NCBI RefSeq assembly: GCF_002571385.2
Contig: NW_019217866.1
Location: 119,529-183,528, forward strand
Origin: Stylophora pistillata
Taxonomy: Eukaryota
Reading direction: 5' to 3'
DNA length: 64,000 bases
Under the pieces are notes generated by a model. That model worked only from the letters and a program-made list of their open reading frames with translations, was not told the origin of the DNA and made no database searches. This document shows positions 1 through 12,599 of the stretch, piece after piece. The position numbers and the translations under genes are program-made. Positions within the stretch are counted from its first letter, which is position 1, and every line of letters starts with the position of its first letter.

Positions 1-57
1 AAAAAAAAAAAAAAAAAATACTCTGTAAGGTCAAGCAAGATGTCCAACGTCAAATAC

Positions 58-376
58 TAGGGACCTTAAGAAACCACGACGGCGACGGCACGTGCATTTT
101 GAAACTTTGTACACTTCTTAGCCGTCCTATGCAAAACAACAACGTGAAATCGCCAAAATTTGTGTCGTCTGTGAACCGAAACCGCGACGGCAAATTATCT
201 TAACTTCCATTTGGAACTCAACGGCTACTTTATACGTCATGCTGAAATTGAGCTGTGGCGCTGTATGAGACAGTAAGCTCCTGCAGCCATTTTTGAAAAT
301 CTAACTAAGAGTAGAAATTTATTTTTTTAATCGAAGTCTTCCTTGGCGTCGCCGTCGTGGTTTCTCAAGGTCCCTA
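58..376. mobile_element. MITE-like element with ~30-bp terminal inverted repeats
   Basis: TAGGGACCTTAAGAAACCACGACGGCGACG at the left end matches the reverse complement of the right end with 1 mismatch; non-coding interior. Confidence 0.7.
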
Positions 377-1281
377 CTAATAGTTCGTCGAGTACAAAGT
401 CCTTTAGTTTTCACTGTCTCTCAACAACTAGAAATTAGATTACTACTGAACTACGAAGACGTAAACATGCCTGATATCAACAATACTTTTGCACCCGCTT
501 ACCGCAACCCACAAAAATGCATTTAGCGGTTTGTGGTACTGCAGCAAAGCGATGGAAAGCGTGACCGTCCTCCCTTCATTTAAGTAGCAGGTAATGTCAC
601 AAAAACATGACAAGACCCGAGAAAACACCAGAGTTTGAGTCAGGTGTAGAGTTGAAAACGTTATTCAAGCCAAGGTGAACCATAAGTATTACAACAACGG
701 TCAAATATGCGGCTTTTTAAGACAATGAAGGAAAGTCTAGGTATTGGAGGCAAAATGATTTATGACTGAAGTTTGCTGTTTATGAAGGAAAACTCTTGCT
801 AAAAAATTATTCTGGGCTTTAGTGCTACTAAATGCCTCGTCTATAACACTACTTATTTTACAAGGAGTTATAACTGAGAATATATGAGGTGAGCTTACTT
901 GTTATTGAATTAATGGTATGAACGGACACATTGAACTGTAGAATGCCGACCCATCAGAGTTGAGCTTTCGTGAACTCCATGTGCTGTCAAGCTTTCAATT
1001 ATTTAAAGTCGTTGCCATGACTTATGAACAGTTTTTTGCCTTTCTCGTCTTCTCTATCTTTAGATGCCTTTTTGAGCCTTTAAAGAACAAAGGGCCGTTC
1101 ACTTTTTGCAGGTCCAAGGTGTACAACTGATGAAAATTCTCCAAATTGAATGAGTGAAAAGTCATACCTAACTGTGCTTCTTCGGAGCTTGAAATGTCAT
1201 CTACTTTTAAAACAAATTTCATCTCCTTGCAAGGAGTACACCTCGCTCATTAATGCATTGTTCTGATTAGACCATGGTTAA

Positions 1282-2444
1282 ACGCTCTTTTCATATACGA
1301 TGAATATATGAAGTTCATATATTTTGCACTGCGGTCTTAGATACGTATGATGTACGATCCTCGCAGNNNNNNNNNNNNNNNNNNNNNNNNNNNNNNNNNN
1401 NNNNNNNNNNNNNNNNNNNNNNNNNNNNNNNNNNNNNNNNNNNNNNNNNNNNNNNNNNNNNNNNNNNNNNNNNNNNNNNNNNNNNNNNNNNNNNNNNNNN
1501 NNNNNNNNNNNNNNNNNNNNNNNNNNNNNNNNNNNNNNNNNNNNNNNNNNNNNNNNNNNNNNNNNNNNNNNNNNNNNNNNNNNNNNNNNNNNNNNNNNNN
1601 NNNNNNNNNNNNNNNNNNNNNNNNNNNNNNNNNNNNNNNNNNNNNNNNNNNNNNNNNNNNNNNNNNNNNNNNNNNNNNNNNNNNNNNNNNNNTAATACCG
1701 CAGTTCAAAATATATGAACTTCATATATTCATTGTATCTGATTTATCATCACGGGTTTATTACGAATCAACTTAACGGCCTGCTCCCAGTTGGCTTGTTA
1801 GCTCAATTGGTAGAGCGCTGCACTAGTATCGCAGAGGTCAGTGGTTCGAATCCCGTACAGGCCTGATTTTTTTTCAGGTCTGATTTTCGCTATTGCATAA
1901 ATAGCGCTATCTACTGCGAAGGATCGTGCATCATACGTATTTAATACCGCAGTTCAAAATATATGAACTTCATATATTCATTGTATCTGATTTATCATCA
2001 CGGGTTTATTACGAATCAACTTAACGGCCTGCTCCCAGTTGGCTTGTTAGCTCAATTGGTAGAGCGCTGCACTAGTATCGCAGAGGTCAGTGGTTCGAAT
2101 CCCGTACAGGCCTGATTTTTTTCAGGTCTGATTTTCGCTATTGCATAAATAGCGCTATCTACTGCGAAGGATCGTGCATCATACGTATTTAATACCGCAG
2201 TTCAAAATATATGAACTTCATATATTCATTGTATCTGATTTATCATCACGGGTTTATTACGAATCAACTTAACGGCCTGCTCCCAGTTGGCTTGTTAGCT
2301 CAATTGGTAGAGCGCTGCACTAGTATCGCAGAGGTCAGTGGTTCGAATCCCGTACAGGCCTGATTTTTTTTTAGGTCTGATTTTCGCTATTGCATAAATA
2401 GCGCTCTCTACTGCGAGGATAGTGCATCATACGCTCTTTTCATA
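1282..2444 (+). mobile_element. Tandem tRNA-derived repeat element (at least 3 units of ~248 bp) with inverted 5' segment and 14-bp target-site duplication
   Basis: Near-identical units start at 1693, 1942 and 2190. Segment 1300-1366 is a reverse-complement copy of the unit junction. ACGCTCTTTTCATA occurs at 1282-1295 and 2431-2444. An N gap (1367-1692) hides further sequence. Confidence 0.8.
1792..1864 (+). pseudogene. tRNA-like (Thr-AGT-like) core of the repeat unit; also at 2041-2113 and 2289-2361
   Basis: 7-bp acceptor stem GGCTTGT/ACAGGCC, A box TAGCTCAATTGG, B box GTTCGAATCC, anticodon loop CTAGTAT, downstream T-run. The T-stem (AGTGG/CCCGT) is mispaired, so this is probably SINE-like rather than a functional tRNA. 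Confidence 0.6.
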
Positions 2445-4094
2445 GTTGAAACTTATAAACTAGAAGGTAACCTACCCTTATGGACTATACAGCTATGTAG
2501 AAGTTTGAAAGGTATGGTATTTCATGCCGGTTCTGGATTTTTAGCATTACGAGTTTTCTGGTTTCCAAGGGAAGCACGAAAACGTAAATTCAAAATCGAT
2601 AATAGAACAAGAGAATTAAATAGAAAAAATGTCAGTCATTTGAGTTAAATTTTCAGATGAGTTCTACTTACCCTTGACATCGGGTCTGATGCGAGGCTTA
2701 TTTACGTTACAAGAAAGCGCGCTCCGTAAACCAACTGAACTAGCGGACTTTTAGGAGCCAGATCTGAATACAGGCATGCATGGATATCTCAGAGGCCAGG
2801 GGTCCGTTTCCCCAAAGTCCCGCTGAGCCATATTCTACGATCTAAATTCTTGGGACTTAGCTCAAAAACCATTACACTCTGTTTCATCTGCAAATGTCAT
2901 TATTCCTTTAATTTCAAACCTATCACTACCTTGATCCTGAGTGCTAAACTCACGACCAAAGAGGACAGCTTTCTTTCGAGAAATGGATCCCCGGTCAGAG
3001 AACAGATGTGGAAAGTGATATTTGTTTTTTTTGCCTGGGTTAAGATCAGACAAAGCGCACCTTACATCATCTGAGGCGAAGGGAAGATTTATGCGCTTTC
3101 CGGTGGCGTGTAAATTTCAACGTCACTGATGCTCTAAATCCAGTTCACCGCTTACGGCGAATGTTCCTTGTCATACATATGTTTCTATTTGGAAGTACAA
3201 TTCTTTGGGAAACTTCGATGTACAATTTTGTAACGTGATTACAGTTGTTTGGTTCGAGGAAGAATCCTTAAAACAGTATTGGGTAAAAACAGATCGTTTT
3301 AGCGTGGAACCGCTTATTCAGTAGAAATTCTTGAGTACTGAGGATTTATTTTACTGAACGACGAAAATTTTTTTCCCTAGATAATCAGTTAGGGAATCGA
3401 TGACACTTACAAGTGTTTCATTGATCGCTTCAATTACAGAAATTAAAAACATGAAACTCGTTTTAAAAAAATGAAATCAGTGGTTTTATTCATTCAAAAT
3501 GCCCAAATCGTGGCTACAAAAAAACTATCCAGTCGACTTTCAGTTAAACTGACTACCTCTCTTCCTAAGCCTGTACAAGGGTATACCGAAACCAGTCGCT
3601 TTTCGCAACAAAATCAAGGCGTCAAGAGGCCATTGATCATTTTTTTTTACATTCGGAGCAGCTGAACAGAGTTTGTAATAACTTCGATTCTTCTAAATAG
3701 GCGACATTCTAATTTCAGACCTCGATCGATTGCAACAGGATGTGTTTTCAACCGGCGAATATAAACATTTTAAGAGCATTTAGAATATTGTAACAAATAA
3801 TATTATCGCTGCTCAGTCTCTTTAGGAACGTTAAATGAAAAAGACATCGCTAATTTCTAATAGAAAGATGAAAAAATTGTCATATGTCATTCGTGATGTA
3901 CATTGCAATATTTGCAAGTAGAACCTTGATTTTCAATCGTCATTTAAAATCCCATTTGCGTGGAGGAAAGCTCCCTTTCCAGAACTTATCTTCTGAAGAG
4001 ATCTCTAGCACTAGATTTGGCTTCTTTACTTCTATTTTTCGCGAAGAAAAATAAGGAAAAACAGCAAGTAAACATCTACTAGGTGTTTTGCATG

Positions 4095-4228
4095 AAAGCA
4101 GATGTTTACACCCGAATGCGCCTCAGGGGAGACTGGTGCGATCGGTCACGTGATTACGCGTATCAACAGCAACGTGTGCTAACTTGAAATCAACTCGAAG
4201 CCAGCAAGTAACCGCCAAGAAAAGCACG
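4095..4228 (+). promoter_or_regulatory. Putative promoter and non-coding first exon of PCGF paralog A
   Basis: CACGTG at 4147-4152 and donor CACG|GTAATT after 4228. Clearly homologous to 15960-16088 upstream of paralog B. Confidence 0.55.
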
Positions 4229-7200
4229 GTAATTTCTCATCTTATACTGAAAATTTTAGCCTGAAATTCTCCAATACGTTAGGAAAATTATTTGACTTCT
4301 TATATGGAGTATTTATTTGCAGCTATGAGGCGATTTTTGTCGTAAATTTGTTGATCAAAGTGTGCGTTATTTTTAGTTATCGGACCGCAATGTAAATCAT
4401 TTCGTGACACAGAAGCAACAGACCAAATACATCTCATACATTTCGGACGGAATGGTACATTTGATCGCATAGTTTCTTCTTATAGTTCAGACAACCTATC
4501 TAAAAAAAATGTGAACATTTCGAAAATTTCAATTTATGAATACTGAGTTCAGCTTCAAACAGAATGTGAACAATGTTTGAGGAAAGCTCTTCGGTATCAA
4601 CGGTGTCGGGGTAATTTCAAGTTGGAGAATTTTTCTGTCAGACAAAAGGTAGATTTCTTATTCATCTTTGCTGGCTTTCAAACATCATTCTCGATAATCA
4701 TTTCATCACAGCCTTGAAAATTTTCTTGTCCTAGACAAAGCAGAGCGATTTCTATTTCAAAATGCCTGTGAAACCGAAAGAGAATATGTTGGATCAGGTT
4801 GTATGTATGCACCATTTGCCGTGCCGGAATAAATTTCGGGCTTGAATTATGCGCTTCGATTGTAAAGAATTTTTTAAGTCGCACAACAATACAAGGAATT
4901 GAAAGATCGATCATGTTTTAATGGACAATTCTGAATTGGTTTTTCAGATTTTGTTTGCATCTGTTGTACAAATTTTTTCGTTCATACCATCGCATAGTGT
5001 AAGTCAACGACGGTTTATCAGTCCTCCAGCAACTTCGAGTTCTTCCGTCATGTAGCTGAATCGGCCAACATTTTAATTTACTGCTGATATTGGTTACGGA
5101 GAATAAGGCTGGATTTTTCTTCGGGATTTAATTCTGGCTATCTCTCGGCTTGCTAACCGCTCAAAATTGGTTCCTCGACCTTCTGAATTGAAAAAATCTT
5201 CGGTCAATTTCAGGCCGCGTGGCCGATGACGGCCTAAATCAGTAAATCTAAGTTTGGCGAAACGAGTTTTCTAGGTCGTGACTAAACACGCCGTACAAAT
5301 TCTATAAATAAAACTGAACTTCATGGTGATAAAGTTATTTCTCCTATTGCATGTATTTATGGCTGAATGAGAGAATTATCGATCTATACTGAAACCTTCT
5401 TCTGAATAAAACTTAAGTTTTGTGTTTCGGTCTCATCAGTCCTAAACATTTCTTTCTGTGTCAAGAGCTTGATCATGCGAAGGAGTATGTAGTACTTCTC
5501 TAACGAAAAGGTATGTGAGGTCGTCGATTAGAACAAGGTTTTTTAAGTCATTTTCCTAGGTTTTTTTTTAATTCTTTAAATTAGCTAAGAATGTAGTAGA
5601 TTCAAATTTTCCACATTCCGACGTAAAAGCAATTTGTCCTCAAAGCACTCGTGAACTCCAATGTTCTTGTTATTTGGGCTACAAAGCGAAGTGATTCACG
5701 ACTCAGTCCACTTTAAAGAGCCATCGAATTACACGAGGATGCATGTCATCGGTTAAAAGAACCGTAAGATGAAGATATTCACTTAAAGGACGCCTGAGAA
5801 GTTGATAAAGGTATACGGATAAACTGCTACAGCGAGTTGTGGAAAGCTGATGGTCTAACCGTTTGCTCTACCTTAGGCGAAGGGCTAGCAAAGACAAACG
5901 GTTCGAGTTTTCAGCTGTTCAAAATTTGTCACGGTGATTTTTCTACCGTAATGAAATTCTGGTTAGCAATCCGGCAGTTATCTGCTTTACATGGCCATCG
6001 ACGAAGCACGACAGTGCGTTTAGATACTATAATCAGTATGTCCGTAATTCCGGGAGAACCCTCAGTTTGGGAAAAATCTATCAGGAATTGAAGTGTAATC
6101 CGCGGTTGCATTTTCCTAACATTTTAAACAACAGATAGATACGATTCCCACTATTTTTTCCGGACCGATACGTCGTTTTGGGTCGATGGCACATCCTCTA
6201 AACTTTCGCTAAAAAATGTTGACAATAGCGTTGCCGAACTCTTGCATATATCACTTTCGAAAATCTTACAAAGACAAAAGGCTACGCTTGCAGCAAACCA
6301 AACGGCGGAGTTTTCCACTCATTTCGTTAATACTACTTCTTTTAAACCTCACATAGATCCATCAGCTAAAAAAAAAAAACAACCCCTACTCATAACAAAT
6401 CCAAATATTTTCGTGTATTTGCCAAAAACGGTCGACAAAAGGCAGGCAGCGAAAGTTAAGCAGTTCTGCTTGGTATTCTCAATCCGCTTCGATCATCTTG
6501 GTCCAAAATTTCTCCTTCGCTTGATTCGTCTACTTTGGCCTCTTATCCAAGTTAAACGATTTCTCTTTTGGTCGATCGAGTTTAGGTTGCATTTGTTGGT
6601 ACTGTCAGCTGGGTAGTGAGATTCATGTGATTCAAGAAGAAGCTCGGTTTTTCGAGTGACGGCAATTTAGCCATAATCCAGGGCTGAAGATATTTAACTC
6701 GGTTCAGAATGATATCTGTCGTTTTAAAAGTGCACTTTCATTGGAATTACCTGGGGATCTGTCGTAGTGCTAGACACTTTAAAGGGAAAAAACTACGGCG
6801 GAACGGTAAATCTGTCTGCAAAACCTCTATTATGTTTTGAATGACCCGACCCTGTTCATTCTAACATTATGGTGTTTTGATAAGCGTCTTATTTACAGAC
6901 AGTTAAAGGTTTTAACGAAATTTGCGAAAAATCTCCACGAAACACAGCCTTACTTTTTCGTGTCCCTGAGATTGGTAATGACAAGAATTAAGTTTGTAAG
7001 GATCCTTGCCTCTTTTTTTGCGCGAAATTCTGCCGGTTCAGAGTAGTTCATACCCAACTGAATATATTTAGGTACGGACGCGGCACAAATTTCCGAGGTA
7101 GTTAGCTCACTGTAGCTTTATAAATCTAATTGCATATTTAGCCTCGAGGTTTCGTCTTGCAGCACAGTATCACCTACAAGACTGAAAAGAAACGGGTAAC

Positions 7201-7588
7201 TTCGAAAGAGTGAAAAACAAAGCTGGAATGTATAATAAACAAGTGTCTGAAATCTACTCGAGTAATGGTTTCGCTCTGACGAAGGGATGACGCTCGAAAT
7301 GTCATCTTGAAACTCTTTACGATGGCTAATTAACATGACACCTTGAAAGTCGCTAAGGCTTTTCCTTGTTGGAAATGAACCCAGTTTAGCGACACATACG
7401 ACGTTATACGAGTCGCCACATATGATTCGCTTTCTAATGATGTTAACGAATGTATGAAAGCGATCCTCGTAGTAATGAACCGTACTCGTGTAATAGTGGA
7501 AAATAAAGCCTGAAAAAAATTTGATATTAACGGATGTTTTTCTTTTTTCTCGTCTTACTAAGGACGTGGAAGACGTTTGCAACGGAAG

Positions 7589-10500
7589 ATGTTACGGTGT
7601 ATGAAGATACAAGACTTAAACCCTCACATTATGTGTATGCTGTGTGGTGGATACTTAGTAGATGCCACAACTATTGTCGAGTGTCTGCATTCGTGTAAGT
7701 TTAGGATACGACTTACGTTGCAAAGGCTTTCATTACTCATAAAAAGTGATTTAAATAACAAATGAACGATTTTTCTTTTAAAGGTATAATCTCAGTCTAA
7801 AGCTAACTACATTTAGCTTAGTGGAAGCAACTTTTTTTATGGCTCAAAAAAGCCTCTAGTGATCGCAAGTGGCGATCACTAAAGAAATATTTTTAATGAT
7901 CACGGAAGTTGTAAACACGGAACTTCTAGCTTCAGACTTGGCTCACACTAGAGGATATTTTTCCGGATTCATAAATGTCACCGAATTCATCAGTTCTTGT
8001 TTAGGGTTATTGGATTCACAGGTTTTTACGCTAAAAACGTATCTGGATTCCCAACCGTTTACGTACTGCAATAAATCCGCAAACAATCCTGATTGAGTGG
8101 TTACAAGGCTGTTTCGTTTCATGCCTCGATCGACGACAACAAACTTCCGCCAAATAAAAAGGGGTAGAGTCGATCAAGATGCAAATTTAAGTTGGACAGC
8201 TGACGAAGTTGAACTTCTGCTCAGTCTTTCGTGCATATTCCACTCGAAAGATTACGAAGGGTTAGAATTGGTCGGGAGATGATCAAAAGCAAATACGGAG
8301 ATATCGGGAAACAGTTCGTCACTTTGTGTGAACTACAGGATGGATCCTAGCCTGTTCACCTAAGAGAGAATAACAAACTCTAAATATTGCAGGCAGAATA
8401 TACGCAGATTCGTTCTTCAAATCTTTAACAAGGATAATCTTTCCGAACTCAAAAGTTTTTGGATTCCATGCAACTTTAAATTTCGAATTAAAATCTCCAG
8501 AGACACGACATAAAAGGGAATGTTTCATTTTGCATTTGTGTACTTGTATGTAAACGGAAAAATTTAATCGGAATCTAAAACGTACAATTTCGTAAAACAA
8601 TTTCTTTTAGTGTAAACCTAGTCTCATTGACTCGAGCAACAGTAACAAATGCAACAACAAGGATTGATCTGAATCAAAAACGTTATCTACCGGAAGAGTG
8701 TTTCAAAAACAAATTATCGGCCATCTGACCGCTCACAAAATCGACCTACCGTGTAAGTGAGATGTGGAGTGGGAGTGCTCACCTCAAGATCGCATCCATA
8801 AAAAGTTATGAAGCGATGCATTATCTATGGTTGGTGTTCATTTGAATTTTGGTCTTTTCTTGAAGACTGAGCTTAAAATATTACCTTCACGCCGCTTTGT
8901 CCAGCCTATTAGGCTGTTGCTTGTCATCATCTGGGACCTTCCTGGCAGACTGCAACCTCTAGGGCCTAGTTGTTCAAAAGGCGGATAACATTATCGAAAG
9001 GATAAATGATCGCTATCAAGCGGATAAGTCTTAACAAAGTGTACCGCGCGATCTGCCAGATAGAGCGGAGTTATTTAGTGGATAGCGTTATCAAAACTTC
9101 GAACAACTGGAACCAGATAGCTTAGTTTGGTTTACCATAAGCAAGACTCCACCGTCTGTTTGGAGAAGTAACGGGTGTTTGAGCCAAGCTCATGGCCTCG
9201 TCAATCAACGAATTGGACTGTTTCTCACTTAGGTCCGAGTCCTCTTGAGGAATCGGATTTTTTTCAGTCGCACACTTGTGAGAGACTTTTCATTTTCAAC
9301 TTTTTTCATCTATAGTGTGTTCGTTGTTTCTAGTTTGTCGCAGTTGTATCGTAAAGTACCTCCAAGCATCTTATCACTGTCCTGTTTGTGCTGTTGAGGT
9401 GCACAAGACTAAACCACTACTCTACATAAGGTGAGAGATATATAGATTTTGACCAAATTCAACCACTTTTTCTGTATTTGTATTGCTCATTTACAAAGAT
9501 TTAAGACCGAACTGAATTTAAAGTTTGGTACTTTAATACTGAAACAGGGAACCGTAAGTAACTAGGTCATAGCTGCTCGAAGATCTCCCCGAAAAACCCT
9601 CCCCATTATAAAATGTAGCAAAGCTTTGAACTGAATAAATGATCGAGGCACAGTAATCAGCTTATGACTTTCACTCTATGAACGTTATTGAGAACTGGCT
9701 GAGAAGACTGGTCCATTGAATACAAGAACTCAACCAAAACTTTTCACACTTTTTCACGGGAGTTTGAAGAAGAAACCGGAAAATCTCTTCTATAGGACTT
9801 TCATTTGTTTTTTATGTAGCCACCTGAGCGGTAAGTTCTGTTAAATGAAATTACTGTGGGGTTAGCTGCTAGGGTTGACCTCCGAGAAACGAATGGCCAA
9901 GGATGTCCGTAAATACCTCTTTTATTTTCAGGCCTGACCGAACCCTCCAAGAAATCGTCTTCAAACTCGTGCCTGGTCTCTATCAAGGTATGCCATGCGG
10001 TATGATAATTTTTTTTTCATCATCAATACACTGGTAGCTGCAGATATTCAGGGTTATTCATCCTAAAGCGCGTACATTTCAAAAACCAAAGCGACCACGG
10101 ATTACCTTCGACACCCAATTCAGATTGCTCTGAAAAAAAAAAACCTGTAAATGTGAATCGAAGTAGTGGAATGTATGTCAGTGATGTATGTTTTTAATAA
10201 TAATAATAATAATAATAATGATTATAATAATAATAATGATAATAATAACAATAATAATAACTTTTATTTATATAGCGCTCATATCCTGAGCTCATGGCGC
10301 TTTATAACACTGTGCGGGGAACTTTACCAGACTGCTAAGCAGTTTACAATCAATTAAAGACGAATCTAACAGATGCCCCCTCTCCCCAATTCCCAGTAAA
10401 CAGGCTAGACCACATCACAGTAATCTTGTGAGTGGGTTCTTTAACGTCCCCTGTCTAACCAAATTAACTAATTAATAGATGCAGGAGACGGGACCTATGG

Positions 10501-12256
10501 TTTATTCGCGCGAGCATTGAGGTTTGATAGGGGAGAATAATGTCACGAACATGAGCGATTGCGCAGGAAAAATAGCGTTCACTATTTGTGCCAAGCATGT
10601 CGCTTGCCTTGAAGGATCATAGTACGCAAACAAGACGAGAGCACTTTTCCGTAGGAATTTGTGCGCAGAAAAGCTTTAGCCTCTATTTTCTGACTTCTGA
10701 TTGATCAGAGAAAAAGAAAATAAAGAAGAACTGAATATAGACAGGTTCAGGCTCTTCCATCTTCCACAAAGTGTTGCGCGCTGGCCACACCAACAACAGC
10801 AAAGCTTTCATCTTGACCTTGCCTTTTAGTCGTACCACTGACTTTCTCGAGAAAAAGAATTTTGATACAAAAATCTTCAGACTTAAAATCGGCTCATTTA
10901 GAATCGAACACTATATCTAGATTGAATTCAATCTTGAATTTGTTTAGCTGAACAAAAGCTTCGACATGATTTCGAAGAAAATCAAATAGATGAAAGAGAA
11001 GAAAGCAAACCTTCAGGTAAACCATTTTATCACGGTAAGAACTACATTTTTGCTCGTTTCATTTTGACCTTGTTCGTTTGTTTTTGTTTGTGTTTATTTT
11101 TATTTGTTTTCTTCTTTGCCTGTGTGATTACTTGCTTGGTTTCTTGTTTCTTTGTCTCCTATTTTACATGTTTGCCTGTTTGTTTTTTTTCCTATTTGTT
11201 TGTTTGCTTGTTTGCTTGGTTGCTTGTCTGTTTTTTTATTTGTTTGTTTGCCTTTTTGCTTCTTTGTTTGCTTGCTTGCTTCAGTGTCTGTTTGCTTGCT
11301 TGTCTGTTTGCTTGCTTTTTGCTTTTTGCTTCTTTGAATGTTTGATTGCTTGCTTGTTTGCTTGTTTATTTGCTTGTTTTGTTTGTTCACTAGTTGTTTG
11401 TCTGGCAAAGACTTCCCAGCCTCAGTCTTCCAGTGAAATGATTTCCAGGTTTGGGTGGAGGGGTTCCCAGCCTGAGTCTTCCAGTGAAATGATTTCTAGG
11501 TTTGGGTGGAGGAGTAAGGTTGAATTATAATTTTAGTGTTTCGAAAAAGAGGCTTGAAGGAGAAACAATTCTAGTCCTATTCGCGTTATTCTTCTAACCA
11601 AACTATCCTTTTTTTTCAGACGAAAACGTAGTTCCGGGTGATTTCAAGGATGAAAAGGAAGTTGTGATGGAGGATCCGGTGTGTGTAACTCTAGAATACT
11701 ACAGGTAAAAGTTGAACCGATGACAAAAAACAGTCCATCAATATAATGAGTTCTCCTTTTTCGCTCCGTTGAGTTTCCTTCTTTCTTTTCTCTTACTTTC
11801 TTTCCTTTTCCTTGTAGGCGAAAAAGAAACTGGTTGGAAAATCAGGTATGGTAAAGAAACTTATCAATGATTGCATGTAAAAAAAAAACCTTTTATCTTT
11901 ATCGTTTTAGTCTTACAAGATTTTACGTGATTTCTTTGTCTAGATTTTTCCTACTCGTTATCTCCGATGTCCTTCCGCGGTGACCGTTGATGTGTTGAAA
12001 AAATTTCTGGTTGCAAAGTTTGCCATTCCAAATACACATCAGGTACAGTTTTTGCTCTCCTTACTTTTGCTTTTAATCCTTTATATGGAGTGTTTTTCCG
12101 AATGAAAGATGAGAAGTAAAATTTTAATTTCTCTTGGGTAATATTTCTTTCAAGGCTGAAATAATCCGCAGTGATGAAATCTTAGATGGCCAGCTGACGA
12201 TGAGAGAAGTGTCCAGGATATACGGGTTATATGCTAAGGTAACAAAGATGATGATG

Positions 12257-12304
<48 letters not shown>

Positions 12305-12566
12305 GTAATAATAGTAATAATAGTAATAATAATAATTTATTAAATTATTATGATTATATTTTAGGGCTAGTGTAATTTCAATTTTATCTCTTGAACAATA
12401 AAGACGCATTTTTATTTTAGCATCGACAATAATAATAGTGATGTTGATGAAAAGGATTAGATTGTAAATAGGATTTTAATTGAAATCGGAACTACTACTA
12501 GGTCGCTTTTACTTTTAACTTGTAAATAGATATTTGCTTTGAGTGTTAACAAAGTTTGATTATTTA

Positions 12567-12599
<33 letters not shown>

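Noticed and set aside
1278-1775. Long ORFs of X residues (also 50910-51489)
   Set aside because: Artefacts of N gaps.
1792-2361. Cluster of three functional tRNA-Thr genes
   Set aside because: T-stem and one anticodon-stem pair are mismatched, and the cores sit inside a TSD-flanked dispersed repeat.
11064-11530. Hydrophobic Cys/Phe/Leu ORFs resembling membrane proteins
   Set aside because: Translations of a TTTG/CTTG microsatellite inside an intron.
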